Assembly: GCA_040954595.2 (NCBI GenBank)
Contig: CM082595.2
Span: 5,792,137-5,856,136, forward strand
DNA: 64,000 nucleotides
From: Balanoglossus misakiensis
Taxonomy: Eukaryota; Animalia; Hemichordata
Direction of reading: 5' to 3'
Shown here one piece after another: positions 14,627 through 27,700 of this stretch. Below the pieces are notes generated by a model that saw nothing but the letters and a program-made list of their open reading frames with translations, had not been told where the DNA came from and did no database searches. The stretch's first letter is position 1. Every line of letters starts with the position of its first letter. The position numbers were made by a program, and so were the translations under genes.

Positions 14627-16414
14627 AAACAGGGTGACCCCCTGGCAACTAAAAAAGCACGTGTTTTAGTGGAAACAATTAGAAACTGACTAACATTAAA
14701 ATTATTAACACTATTATGCAAATTAACCAAAACTTCATCAGGGAACTGGTCCAATGTTGTAATTCAATGCTGGTGTCGACGTGTAACTTAGCTATCCATC
14801 TGTCAGGCAAACAGTTATTGCAAAATTCTCAGTAGGACGACCGATCAAAGAATTGACTGATCAAATTCTGGAACACTCAATGTTCTAAAATATCCTCGAA
14901 TAAAAAAAAAATATTAATCATATCTTTCCATGTCATTGGTTCCCCGTTGTGAAAATAAAATTATTTGTCTCTTGACTATTGAGATTGAAACTTCGAAATC
15001 CAAACAGGAATATGTCTCCTTGGCAGAAAGCCATGCGAGATCTACGCTCTCTTGAAGTGCAGAGCAAACACAAAGTTTACAAAAACGACATTCATTAAGG
15101 TTTATCTCTGTCGACAACGCTGTACGATAAGCCGTGAATTTACAAAGCATTGCGTGTCCATAGTCAGATTGCATTGGACATATATGAAATGCTGTGTTGT
15201 CTTGGCTCGATAATAGCATTTGATGGGACGTCGTTGTATTGAAACAAAGGGGCTCTTCGCGTGGAATATTTTAGTGAATGAACAGCCCTTCATCTTTATT
15301 GCACGACAGTGAAATAACACAATCCGCAAGCAGACGATGGCGCCCGAATAGATATCCAACGACGAACTCGACGGCAGCAAAAAGTCAAACAGCGATAATG
15401 CAAGGTGCCACCCACCTGTACTGCTGCCGGCCGACGTGGTTGCTAGGTGATGAGACGTTTGCTAAAAGCTACGAGGGCGAATACTTGTATCGTCAGTGTT
15501 AATTCGAATGGTGCACAGGCCATCGAACCCCGAACCCAGCTTCTGTGCGACAACTGAGAGTCTATGCAACTCGGTGCAATCAAATTTATTGGCTTTCTGG
15601 AGCATTATTTCTGGCCCTCCTCGACCGTTCCGTTTGCATGGTTCATCCGTTGTACGAGGAATAAAACGCCCCAGGGTGGAGTTAAATGACTCTTCCTTGT
15701 ATTTGATAGTGCCGCTTGAACGGAAAATGGCAGCCGAATTGTCATTGCAGAATGACATGGGCACGACCATCTAAAATTCAGTGTCATTGTTTGACATGAG
15801 TAGTCTCTTTGATAAACGCGGCAGTTTGTGTGCTTTACGCTTCCTGTTTCGAGGTTTACATCTGCCGAAATTACCGGATGGCGTTCATGAAATCTAAAAT
15901 GTAACCCTCCCCTGTCCGTTTCGAATAAAACGCATAGGCTAATACCCAGTGTCACCACACAAGTTGGCTGTGGATCTGAGATAGGGCGAAAAAGTTTGGC
16001 TCGGCGATAGTCGTTGCCAGACACACGTTAAATGTCAATGACGCCACGCTCGCTTCAGAGAGAGGTCGATTATATTCATATTTAAATAATCTTTTCACTC
16101 GTCTGCAGTAAGATGTCAGAAGCCAGCGAGGACTCGAATGATTGAAACAATCTGAACATGCGCAATACAGTCCACTGGATCGAGTACATAGATTATATAG
16201 TACGCAGCGTTTTGACATGCATGAACACCGATCTCGCTCCAACAGATTTTTCATGTCTGTCTCCCAACAGATAAACCTGTGAGGTGGTCGCTGTGTTTCT
16301 GTGGACCGGGCCCAGCAGAGGGGAGCCAATAGCTGCGCTCGACATAACAGCGAGATTCATGCGGTGACCTCAGTTAAAATCCAAGCAAGACAACCACAAA
16401 CACATGCACACACA

Positions 16415-16664
16415 ATGACAGCGGACTTGAAAGACGTGAATGGTGGGAATAATTCCACGGAGGCGATCAAGTACAGGCCGTCGACATCGGAGGAGAACGG
16501 CGATGCCATTCTATTCAAGGACGACTCAAAACTGGGCCTTCGTCCGCTGATGTGCAAAACCTGGTGGAGAAGACGCACGGCGATTGAAAAATCTCTGGCG
16601 CTGCTGTTCGGTGGTACAGCGTTTCTCTGTATTATTCTTATAATAATACTCGCAGCACAGCAAG
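16415..16664 (+). CDS. M13 gene coding exon 1: cytoplasmic tail and signal-anchor TM (MTADLKD...[34 protein letters not shown])
   Basis: ATG at 16415 with an in-frame TGA upstream at 16280-16282. WWRRRTxxEK precedes a hydrophobic helix, as in M13 proteins. Donor G|GTAAAT is phase 1 and matches exon 2. The exon acceptor is probably ctcccaacag ending at 16270. Confidence 0.88.
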
Positions 16665-19600
16665 GTAAATATCTGTCATTTTTCTCTTTCATATTTAGAT
16701 AACTACGTGTATTTGGAAGGTTATATATGTCGCGAGTCCCGCATTTTCCCGCCAAAACGACAAATTTTCCCGCCACATCACTTCAATGGGCCATGTATGT
16801 TTCCCTCTGTCGTTTGACTGTGCGTGAGTTGATCTAATCATACACTGTCTATGATCTAATTGAGCGGACAGGTATTCTACTACATGTACATAGAATAGCT
16901 CGTGCATTTTTGGATATACATGTACTCGACATGCATTACACAAGTCACATTAATAGCGCACAACGTCGACGACATGTCAGTCGAATGAAGCACAAAATGA
17001 ACGCAAAGTAGTTGCTCTAAAACGTCCACCGTTATAAAACACGAGAGGTTTAGGCCTACTTTACGCCCGTCGCGGCTTTACATTTATGTCACCAATGAAT
17101 TACATAAAGTATTCTTTCAGTAGTAGGCCTATTAAAGCCCCAATAGCTGCCACTTTTACCATATTTTAATCAATAAACTTCAATCTTCTCAGTCGACAAA
17201 TGACATGTTTTATATAAATACCCATCTGCGCATACCAAGATGGCTGTGTACTCTTCCAATGGGCAGTTGAATAAACGGGTGCGACATCCGTTTATTATTT
17301 ACCCTTTTAGATTTAAATGTACACTCAAAGTCAGAGGTTGATAATATGTTTTGTATACCCATCCCTTAGCCCATTTAATCGATTATTCTAAGTTCGAAAG
17401 TAAAATTATGAAAATAATTTAAAAATTGTTAGCTATTTCGGCTTTAAATCTAGTGACGTTTCTCTTTTGGCCTTTTCGTAGAATAAAGCTTAAGCAGATA
17501 TCATTAGTAATCACGTGTTCCATATGGACATTATTTAGAAAGGCTTATCGATATCCGGAATAATGTTGCGATTGATAAATCGGTACCATTTACGATCAGT
17601 GTTATCAGACAAAACTCGTTCTAAGGGAAGAACCTTTCAACATTAAAGGGAGGGGATCGTGAACGAAACCGGTTCATAGCTGACATTTTAATCTCAATAT
17701 GATTACGCCATTTTATTTTTCGAGCCTCTCTCTCTTTTTTTAAAGCAACTGTTTTTCAATATGATTACGCCATTTTATTTTTCGAGCCTCTCTCTTTTTT
17801 TAAAGCAACTGTTTATTCATCTTTTTGGCGAAAATAACTTTGCACTCTCTGGTTCAAGGATACGTTGTTTGCCAAACTATAGCACGCAGTGTTTTAAAAT
17901 TTCAGACAATTCGCGAAACGCCATCTTAGTAAAAAGGAACACAGACGGTGAAAATTATCAAACCTAGAACCATTCATGGTCAACAAAGCCCCCCAACAAA
18001 ATGATGCACACCTTTTCACTACGACTTTCTATGGGATCACCTTTGAACCAGAATTCGCATTTATTCGGTCACGATTTCTGCAGTAAAACAGAAAATGAAA
18101 CATGAAAAAAATAAGCTCAGTTCAGCATACATACAGTCAGCCATCCTACGTCTTCGATTTACATACAACTTACCTTATGGTCAATTAGCCCTTCTGTCAA
18201 CTGTAAAGCTTGCTATCTTAAATCAAGCGAGTTAAAAGGCTCGCCACGATTTCAGTTGCAGGCTATTCTTTCTCCGGGTCACGGGGTCATATTTGACATT
18301 CGTCGCTGTTTACACCGTGTCAAACGGCGACTGAAAGGCAAAATCGGTTCACAAACTTTGAAGTCGGTTTTCTTTCAAGACATAATAAGGGCCAGCTTCA
18401 TTGTATCTAAGTTACATGAAGGGGGCAAAATCTCAGCAAATGAGTTGTGGCTTAATCATCGCCAGTCGGTGTCGAGTTAGCATTAATCCCATAGCCGCGC
18501 CTCTATATACTTGCGGCGGGGAATTCCATCAGAAACTTACTTAACACTGCTTTGACATAATAAGATATTATGATAGTTTACATTTCACTGTTCTATATTG
18601 AATTTTTTTGTAAAAACTGCAATTCTAATATTTTACTGAGAAACAAGCAATTTCAATACATTTTCCAGAAATGGACTTATGTTAAGGAGATTTGACTGGA
18701 TACTCTAATTTAATGTGGACTTATTTGATAAATATGAGAAGAAGGTATTTATTATGTTTTCAACAATGTCAGAAATTCAGGTTTCCCAGTGGAGACAAAA
18801 CATGGTTTGACGGCCATCTTGATTTCAAAAATGATATCTCTTTAGAGTTCAGATATTGGCAATTTTGTTATTTGCTTATCATTTTCCTTTCGTATCCCAA
18901 TCTATTATCTCGTTTGAATATGTAGCATGAAAAGAGGCAAATTAGGGCTTTTTAGGGATTCTCAGATGTTGCTTGAATCTACAGAATGCTATCATCAACA
19001 GTGGATGCGCTGTCAATGCAATATGCAACAATTCTCCAACAAAATTGCTCTATGCCACAGAAAACATAACTTACAGTACATCCCATGCAAAGACGCCTTT
19101 CGAACGCTGTCATAGCGTGCCATGTAATAACGACGACAGACAAGAGACCGCGATCTACTCGGTGTTGACGACCGCAGAAATGCAAATTATTCACCGCAAC
19201 TACTCCGAATAGTATCAACTTGTCATTGATTCGCATAGGCATCTTTCGACAGCTGCGTGTCGGCACCGCCAGCTACGCCTAAACTGATACATGAATTACA
19301 ACGACCAGTTGAAAAACATCTGGCGATCTTCCTGATTAGTATAGGTTGCACCTGTTGTATTTTTCACTAAAAGATCGCCGTCTCCCGCCAACAATTGACG
19401 TGCACACGGAATTCTACTGCACACAGTTGTCAAGGGCACTTGAAAGTCATGCATTTTTCTCATTTTTATTCCGAGCTTGCTTTGTCCTTTACTACTTGAG
19501 AATATTGTACACACAAAATGAGGATGGCGGTGATGGTGTCGATGATGATGATGAATACTAAAGTATGAACAAGTGATAAATAGGATTATTCATTATTTTC

Positions 19601-21719
19601 TATTTAAGTATTGTACATGTACTAGTCAGCAATTACAGGTCGTTCGTCTGTCTTTTTGAAGGACAGATGTATATCTCGTGCACACGGCGAAGAAAATGTG
19701 CACTTCCTGAAGGCATCCGCTGTCGTGCGGATGTGACTTGCGGCGGTCACGTAGCCAGTCTTAACTCCAAAACTGTTAACCTCTTTTTTTAAATTAGCTA
19801 TAGCTTTTATAATATGCAAATAGATGGTATACTGTCTCTTATGCAAATATAAGGATAGTTACCATGATCCAGGCAATCACGGCTTTTCACTTGGGTGGCT
19901 ATGCAAATAACGTCTGCCACCACATGACCATACGAGGATTCAGGAACGCCGGTTAATTATGCGTGTATGTAAATTAGAGGTGGTCGTATCCCTTTAATAT
20001 AATCAAACGCTCCACAACGATGACGAAGCGTGTGCACATGTTAAAGGTATGGAATGTGTTTACAGGGCCACAGGCCTAAGAAAATAACTGTAATCCTGGC
20101 CAGTAAAGATGTCGCATCGTGAAATTCTGGCCAAATCGTGCCGTATCCTCGAGAGATAACTCTCGCCCTGATAATCAAGAATTTCTAGCAAAAAGACCCA
20201 CAGCCGCAATCGGCCTTCGTGTCCGAATCTCCCGCAGTTACATCTTTGCTGCATTAGTCGTCCGCAAAAAATCGCTCAGTCTGAATCAACATCCATTTAG
20301 ATTACGCCTTTTAGCAATAAAGAGCTGCGTGTGATATCGCTGGGTTGTAAATCTGAGCCACTTCTAAACGCCAAGAATTGAGCCTAGTTAAAACCCAATA
20401 ACTGCCACTTTTAGCATCTTTTTAATGGATAACATATTTCAATCTTGTCTTATCCTAAGTCGACAGATGACAACATTTTGAAATTGTAGAAATTCTAATA
20501 GCCATAGGCAACTGAATAAACGGATGTTGCACTCATTTATTATTTAACTAGTTTATATGTAAATTAACTACATTCAGATGTTGATAGGCCTAATACATTT
20601 TTGCATACCTATCAGTAAACTCATTCAAGGAAACCGTTCAGGTTTGACAGTAAGCTCATGAAAACAATGCAAAAATGCCCATTTTTGCCTGGTTTCACGA
20701 AGTATGGTGGTAATGTTTCTGTCAAACAATGCAAACAATGCAAAAATGTCATTTTGCCTGCTTCCACAAAGTATGGTGGTAATGCTTCTGTCAAAAGCCA
20801 TTTTTTTCCTGCGATTGTAGTTTGCTGGAATTTAACACTTCGGCCGTGCTCACCTACCGGATATTTGCCATCCTGAAAAGAGGCACGTTTAGAACATATG
20901 GCTATGTTTGCAGCAGCGCAGGGTGTCCGAAATATCTGCAGGGTATTGAATAAAACTCTTCAGAGAGCGGCTGCCCTGGACTCGAATCACCGAGAGGCTG
21001 TCCAAACTTAATCATCCAGTGGCTTGTGTGTTTACTTAGTGCCTGGTGAAGCAGAAACCATGGCCGCCGGCGATGCCGGTTTGAAAACAACACTTGTCGC
21101 ACAAAGTTGGGCAAACAAGATTAAAACTGGCCCGAAGCGGATGGATAAAATCGTGTCTAATCTCCGTTATCCCCTCCCAAGAAAAAACGCGTGGTCTAAA
21201 AGAATCGTTTCGACCACACTCGATACTCTCGCTCCCTACGTGTAGTCAACATATACTTAGTTCACACTGGGTAGAACTGGAACGTTTCAGAGACACTATG
21301 GCATCTGTAAACACAGACGTCAAATCCTTTGGGTCAATTTGTGTCCACACACACATAGACACCGCGTATTTCAAAAGACCGTTCTTGGTACGCACCACCG
21401 CTCCAGATCTTGCAGCAGCAACATTTTCCCAGGGTGTTAATTGAATTAAGCGGAAACGCTTCGCTAAACAATCCATCCACGAATGAACACCAATTGCACG
21501 TTTTCAACTGCAGCAAGAATTGGCCCCAGGCGTCTGTATGGACGCCACTCTTACAAATTAAAAATGTATACATTTAATCTAAGACATTTCCGGCACGTTT
21601 CCACAAAGTCACCTGTAGATTCACATATAGAAGAGAGGGGTGGGGAGTGGGGTGGGGCAGAGAAAGAGAAGAGGGAGGGAGGGAGAAAGGGTTCATAGCA
21701 CATCCGACCAGACTCGTAG

Positions 21720-21789
<70 letters not shown>

Positions 21790-24700
21790 CAGGAAGACAG
21801 ACAGACATAGAGTCAGACAGACAGACAGACAGACGAAATTTCTGATACGGAAGAATAGCTCTATGTGCTAATAAACGGCAAGATGGATGTGCAGAAACGT
21901 TCAGAAACGTAATCTACCGAGTCTTTGTCGGATTAGATTGGACATTTCGATACATTAGCTTATTCAATTAGCGACCAGCCACTGCGCCGACAGATTACGC
22001 AAGTGAACATGTCATTTTCGTTTGGACTAACATATGAATAAATTTATCCTATAGCGTGACATGTTGACGGCAATAAATTCACACCAAAGTGAATTTCGCT
22101 CGACTTGATGTGCAGTGATGCGGTGGTAGCAACAGAGAAATGTTGGCCACCGGGACGATGATGGGAATGGGGGGGAATAGCTGCAATTGACTTTCATTCT
22201 ACCCCTGAACTGTGTAGGAGCATTGCAGGATTTTGTTTCAGACTGAGAGGAAAAACTTTCTACTGTGGTCTTGTTGTTTTTATATATAGTGCCAATATCA
22301 GGACAGTCACCCCCTGGACATTTCCAACCACTATAGTGAGGGCTAGTGTTAGGGATAGATGGGATAAGTGACCGGTGGGTATAGGTGTCCAGGGGGTAAC
22401 TGCCCTAGAATCACAAACCGTCAAATGTTTCACATACCCTCACAGGCACCTCGCTGTCTTAGCACATATGCGCACATCCATCTTAAAGAAGTCTAGACTT
22501 TTAAAAAGTCACTTAAAATGTAAAAAGGATCTCGTCAATATTTCTGAATCTCATTCGAGTGGAAATCCCATTAGGGCAAAATTACCCGCACCCGGTGCTC
22601 GTAGATGAGAAATTAACGTCACACGGAGAAATAAAAAAAGAATATTCCATTGGCAGATGTCATTTGTAGTCCACTGAATTGAAAAACGCAATGATCCTTG
22701 CCCATCAATGTGCGTCTATCAAATCAGACACGAAAATAATATGGTCCGATCGTTAGGCTGTATGTTTTCCCATTCCCCATGGATCATCGCATAGGCAAAG
22801 TATAGACACACTTCTTTCAACGTTAACTCTTGCTTATTCCTGCTCTCGAGTTCCTCCAACTTTGTATTTATAACCTAGGGGGCCCTTCGGAAGTGCACTG
22901 AGATTAATCGCGCCACCGACAATGGCCAAGCAACTTTAATTAATAATGTAGCGTGAATCTGTTTCAGAACACGATTTCCCCAATGAAAGGACTGCGAATT
23001 ACCATAAACCATACTTCAAAATTTCGGAAATGAAACCACCACGCTGCAACAGCTGACTTATCATGTGAGCTTTATCTTTCATTTCCAGCCAGGAGTCTGT
23101 GAAAGATAGAGTTTAATAGACCGTGTCTATGGTTTGTGTGGCGTATCTGCACACCTGGTCTTCTCTGTACAAGCATATTGTGCGAGTTGCTGAAATTAAA
23201 CTGAACAGAACGAGCCACTCGTGTCCATAACATCTGGCATTGTCGTCAGGTTTTGATGAAAAAGGTGTTTTGCTGATTTACAGCCCACACTGGTTGTTTA
23301 TTCTTCAGTCAGTATGGAACAGGTCCCATATACACCAGTACAGTACAGTACAACCACCCCTGTCTGTACTGTAAAGTCGTAAAGGTTAAAGAAAGTGTGG
23401 GAACGGAGCATTGATTAGTTGTTGTTTATAATAGGCTACAGTGAATCATTGTTACTGTCTTTTAAGCAGGGGTAGTAAGGTCATACCTTGGGAGCACAAT
23501 GTCGCCATTTCTTCGGTGGTTGTTTTTTTATTATGTTGGCCCTGTTTGGGCCGGCCGGACCACATTGTCTAGTGTCTATTACCACACAAAGAAACACTTC
23601 AGACTGCAGTTACTCGTGAATACGACGTCACTCGTAGTCAAGAAGTGTCGTTGAAATAAAAATTCATTACATGACTGTGATTGCTTTGTGTTTTGAAGCC
23701 TGTAATAAAACCGTCCCATTGTAAACATCTTGAGATTGAAGACACAGAACACCGGAATCATAATCCCCATCATTATAAGTATACTCTTGTCCTTGCTGGA
23801 CTAATTCAAAATTACACGTAAAACCAACAATGTGAACTCTGGACGAGTATCAGGGTCACGACTCCCTATCGAGTAGATGGGATTTGCAAATAGGATTTTC
23901 AGGACTTATGCTATTGAAGTTCGATCAAATATCTAAATATGATTACACTCAGACTTTGCCATAATATAGCGAAAAGCCTTTCATCACGCGAATGTGGCAG
24001 TTCTTAGAGCAAGCTGATTGCCAAAGGATTTAGGGCGATGTAAAGGCTTTATGTATCATGTTCAGCTCCAAAGGCCTAAATTGACTGCTTCTTCCATTGA
24101 GGAGTGACTGGCATTATATTATGCACTACAGAAATGCCAACTTTAATGAGTATATGTATGTTTTTTGGTCATGCACGTTAAATGCGGGACGTGCACATTG
24201 CACGCATCATGAAATTGCACCCGTGTGCGATCAAGCATGCTCTAATCAACCTGTGTGAGTGCAACCTTTAGGGACGGAGGTTTTCGTGTCAAGGTATGCC
24301 GTAGTTCAGGGTTCAAGCCTATTGTCTTCGGTGGCGGGAAAATTCCCCTGGGAATCCATTTATGCAGAAATCAATGTGGAATAATTAAATGCGCGCGCAT
24401 CCTTGACCGCAAGTAAACGTTTTGTGGTGGACATAAACTGAAGACGCTAGTTTGCTACAGCCAGTTTCTTGAGGAAGAAAATAGGGTTTGGAGAAGTGGG
24501 CAGTGTCTTGTGGACAGTGTGGTGGAATTTGTACCATCTACATGTGTACTTATATTATATAAGTCGCACATACACAAAAGCGTGTTGTCTGTTCAACAAG
24601 ACCAGCTTATTTCTGCAATTATAAAATGTTCTATGTAAAACTTGACAAATTCAGTTCGGATGCTATTCTGAGTGAACTAACAGGTCAGATGGGGTTTACG

Positions 24701-27700
24701 ATGTGTACCGTCCTTGACAATAGTTTACCTTTACTCTCACCAATGGACGTGAGAATTTGCGCTGAATTCCAACTTTATTAGCTTGAAATGCTCAAAGTCT
24801 GGTCCTAGAGGAGATCTTTCGAACTGAGGTCCTGGGTTCGATTCTTAGAACGACCCTCAGAATTGTGTCACTCTGAGAGTTGATACGATCTTCTTATGAC
24901 GTTTCACTGTTCCGTGCAGAATGGTGAAATTCCAGCGGTGTTCTCCTCACTATTGTCAATGCCTCGCGGCCGTGTCTCGTCTTGTGATTCCATCATACTG
25001 ATAAAGAACTATCCCGACGCCGTAACGATTGGTGAGGAGGAATGTCAAACAGTTCGAAATTTTAGTGTGAAATTCTTGTTCATTTGGTGCCCTGAACACA
25101 AGAAGCTTTCTAACGGTTTATGCCTCTCGCGAGTTTAACAGATGGCAAGAAAATCCCTATGATGTTTCGTCAACAGCAGTGTTAACCACAGCGTTGCTTG
25201 TGGGATAATACTTTACCTACTGGAGCGTACACTGGGGTTATTATTTTGTGCTGAGGGCCGCGAGACACATCTATAGGCATTTAGCATACATTTTACTTAA
25301 CCAAAATAGCCGCTTCCATAAGAGGACAAGACACGATTTCGTTTGCACAATCGCAATTAGTAAATTACAATGTCACCACCCTGTTGCAACCGCAATTAGT
25401 AAATTTCAATGTCACCACCCTGTTGCGAGTTCTCTACATAAACAATTTGGAGCTAATCTGCACATTACTTTAGAATTAGAAATTTGGACTGGGTACATGT
25501 CTATAATCGGCTATTACAAATGCACTAGATATTGCCAAATGTTAGAATCATGCCCAAGCCGGTTTTGCACAGTGGAATCTTTTACTACTGAGGTTGTTTT
25601 TTTTACTTGACATATGGCATACGTTATAAGTGATGGTAGCAAGGTTGGCAGGTGCATTAGTTGAGCCAACTAATGTATGCCCGACAGTGTCACGTCTGTG
25701 ATTTGGTGGATAACCTATGTATTAATTGGACTGACTCCTTCCCATGTGTGTAATCCAAACCTTCCATTTGCGTTTGTACAGATAACAGACTACGAGTCTC
25801 CCCCAGCTATGTTATCAAAGTACAACCGCCGAGAAACTGCTTGACATTTTGGTTTGGTGTCCGTTGAGAGCGTTATCTTCGCTGTACTTTTCTTTATATT
25901 CCCCTATTTTATCTTATTAGTCTGTACACGTGATTTTATCACAATGACGCTGGTGGTGTACATGAGTGTATTTCCTTCCGGTAATCACGAACAGAAGTGA
26001 TATTCTCAGTATTTTAAGAATAGGCAATACTAGTCCTTTATTTGTTTTCAACTCAGTACAATAGCATTTCTAGGAAAATCGTATTATATATTTAAGTTAA
26101 AACACAGGAAATCACCCATAGCAATTTTCAATATATACCGGAAGTGCGGTGTTTGAACATGTCGCTCCTGAAATACCACGCTCTGTTATGTTACGTTTCT
26201 CAACATGTCAGTGAAATATAAAAGACACGAAAAGTACTGTAGTGCACAGCCAAGGAATTCATATTTTAACCATCGTTTGTGGACGCGTACACAGCATGGT
26301 GTATAATAGCTATAGCTCAAATATGGCACTTCCGGTTTCGTAGTTGCTGTATTTTCAATGATTGTTTAGAACTTCCTGGTAAATCTAAAACACGTGCTGT
26401 ATACATTGACAAAAGCAATTGCCGAGGGTCGCGGTGTCTCCAGGCAGCCGTTGTGAGGGAAGTGACCGAGAAACACCGACTTGCAGACTACGTTGCGTCG
26501 TAATGATCAGTCTTCAACATGCCCCATCATAGATCGGCTTGTCGCGATGATCTTCTAAGGCGTACCCTTGGGTAGTGCATGGCGCCTTTTACGGTTTACA
26601 AATCCATACATTCCCAAATGACACTTAAAGCGATTTACTGTAACGAGTATTCTTTTGGATTGCTTGGAGACAGCTATAGATGGGTGAGGTTCGTTGTGAG
26701 TTGTTAGTTACCTCGTAGTTCTAAACAATCATTGAAATACACCAACTGCGAACCATGTCCACTGTATACCGGAAATACGTATTTGACCCATGACGTATTA
26801 CACCATGACGTGTCCGTGTCTCAGACACATTATTCAGGCACATTGAAAATATATCTGTAAAACGTAGCCATATCTTAATCGCTATTTGATTGAATTCATA
26901 ACGGTTAATAGGTGTCATTTATCCAACAAATCGCTTCTTATGGCGTCGTTAACGGAAAGCAAATCTTTGGGCGTGTCTTTTCGTGGGTCCGCACAACAGT
27001 AAATTCGTCAAAAGTTCTTTCTTCCGTGACGGTTTTGTGATACATCGGCTGCGTGCCTCGCTGCACGATAGCATATCATCATCACAAGCAACCATATCCC
27101 CTCAGCCTAAAATTCTTTGACATGAAAATTATCAGCTAGTATTGACCTCAAGCGTGTTAACACCGCCAGCTACCATTAACTAGTGGATGGGGCCACGCTT
27201 CTCATCCCTCGATAAAAAGTAGCAGGCCAGACTATCTGAATAATTTGTGATAGTAACAAGTATAAATGTCCCAAAAACTGAGAAGGCTTGTCAAGGCAGT
27301 TTCAAAGCACCAAATGACACATACGGTACTTATGCCTTTACCAACTAAGCAGCAACAACTACAAGCTTCTTGTAAAGGCGATGTGACTGTCATATTCAGC
27401 TGATTATTGTACGTGTAAATTGGTTTCTCAGACACAAGAGTAAAGTTATTAGGAGTAGGTCAATCGAGAAGTAAAGGCACTCACACGGATATGATCTGAA
27501 AGGGTACATCTATCAAATTGACAGGGCAGAAGTAAAAAGCTAAACGCATTTCAAAATGTTTATTGTTGTGTACAAAGTGGCGCAGCGGAGACGGGTTTTC
27601 GAAGAACGGAAGTGATGTCGTACCATGAAGGACTAATTCCGCTGTCTGCGTTTTAATCCAAAGTCAATCCCGCAATATATATTCACCTGTAGTCTACAAT

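Noticed and set aside
21551-21808. ORF with YLSI repeats
   Set aside because: Translation of the (GATA)n microsatellite.
24780-24855. tRNA-like B-box GGTTCGATTC at 24835-24844
   Set aside because: I could not build a cloverleaf or find a convincing A-box. At most a decayed SINE head.
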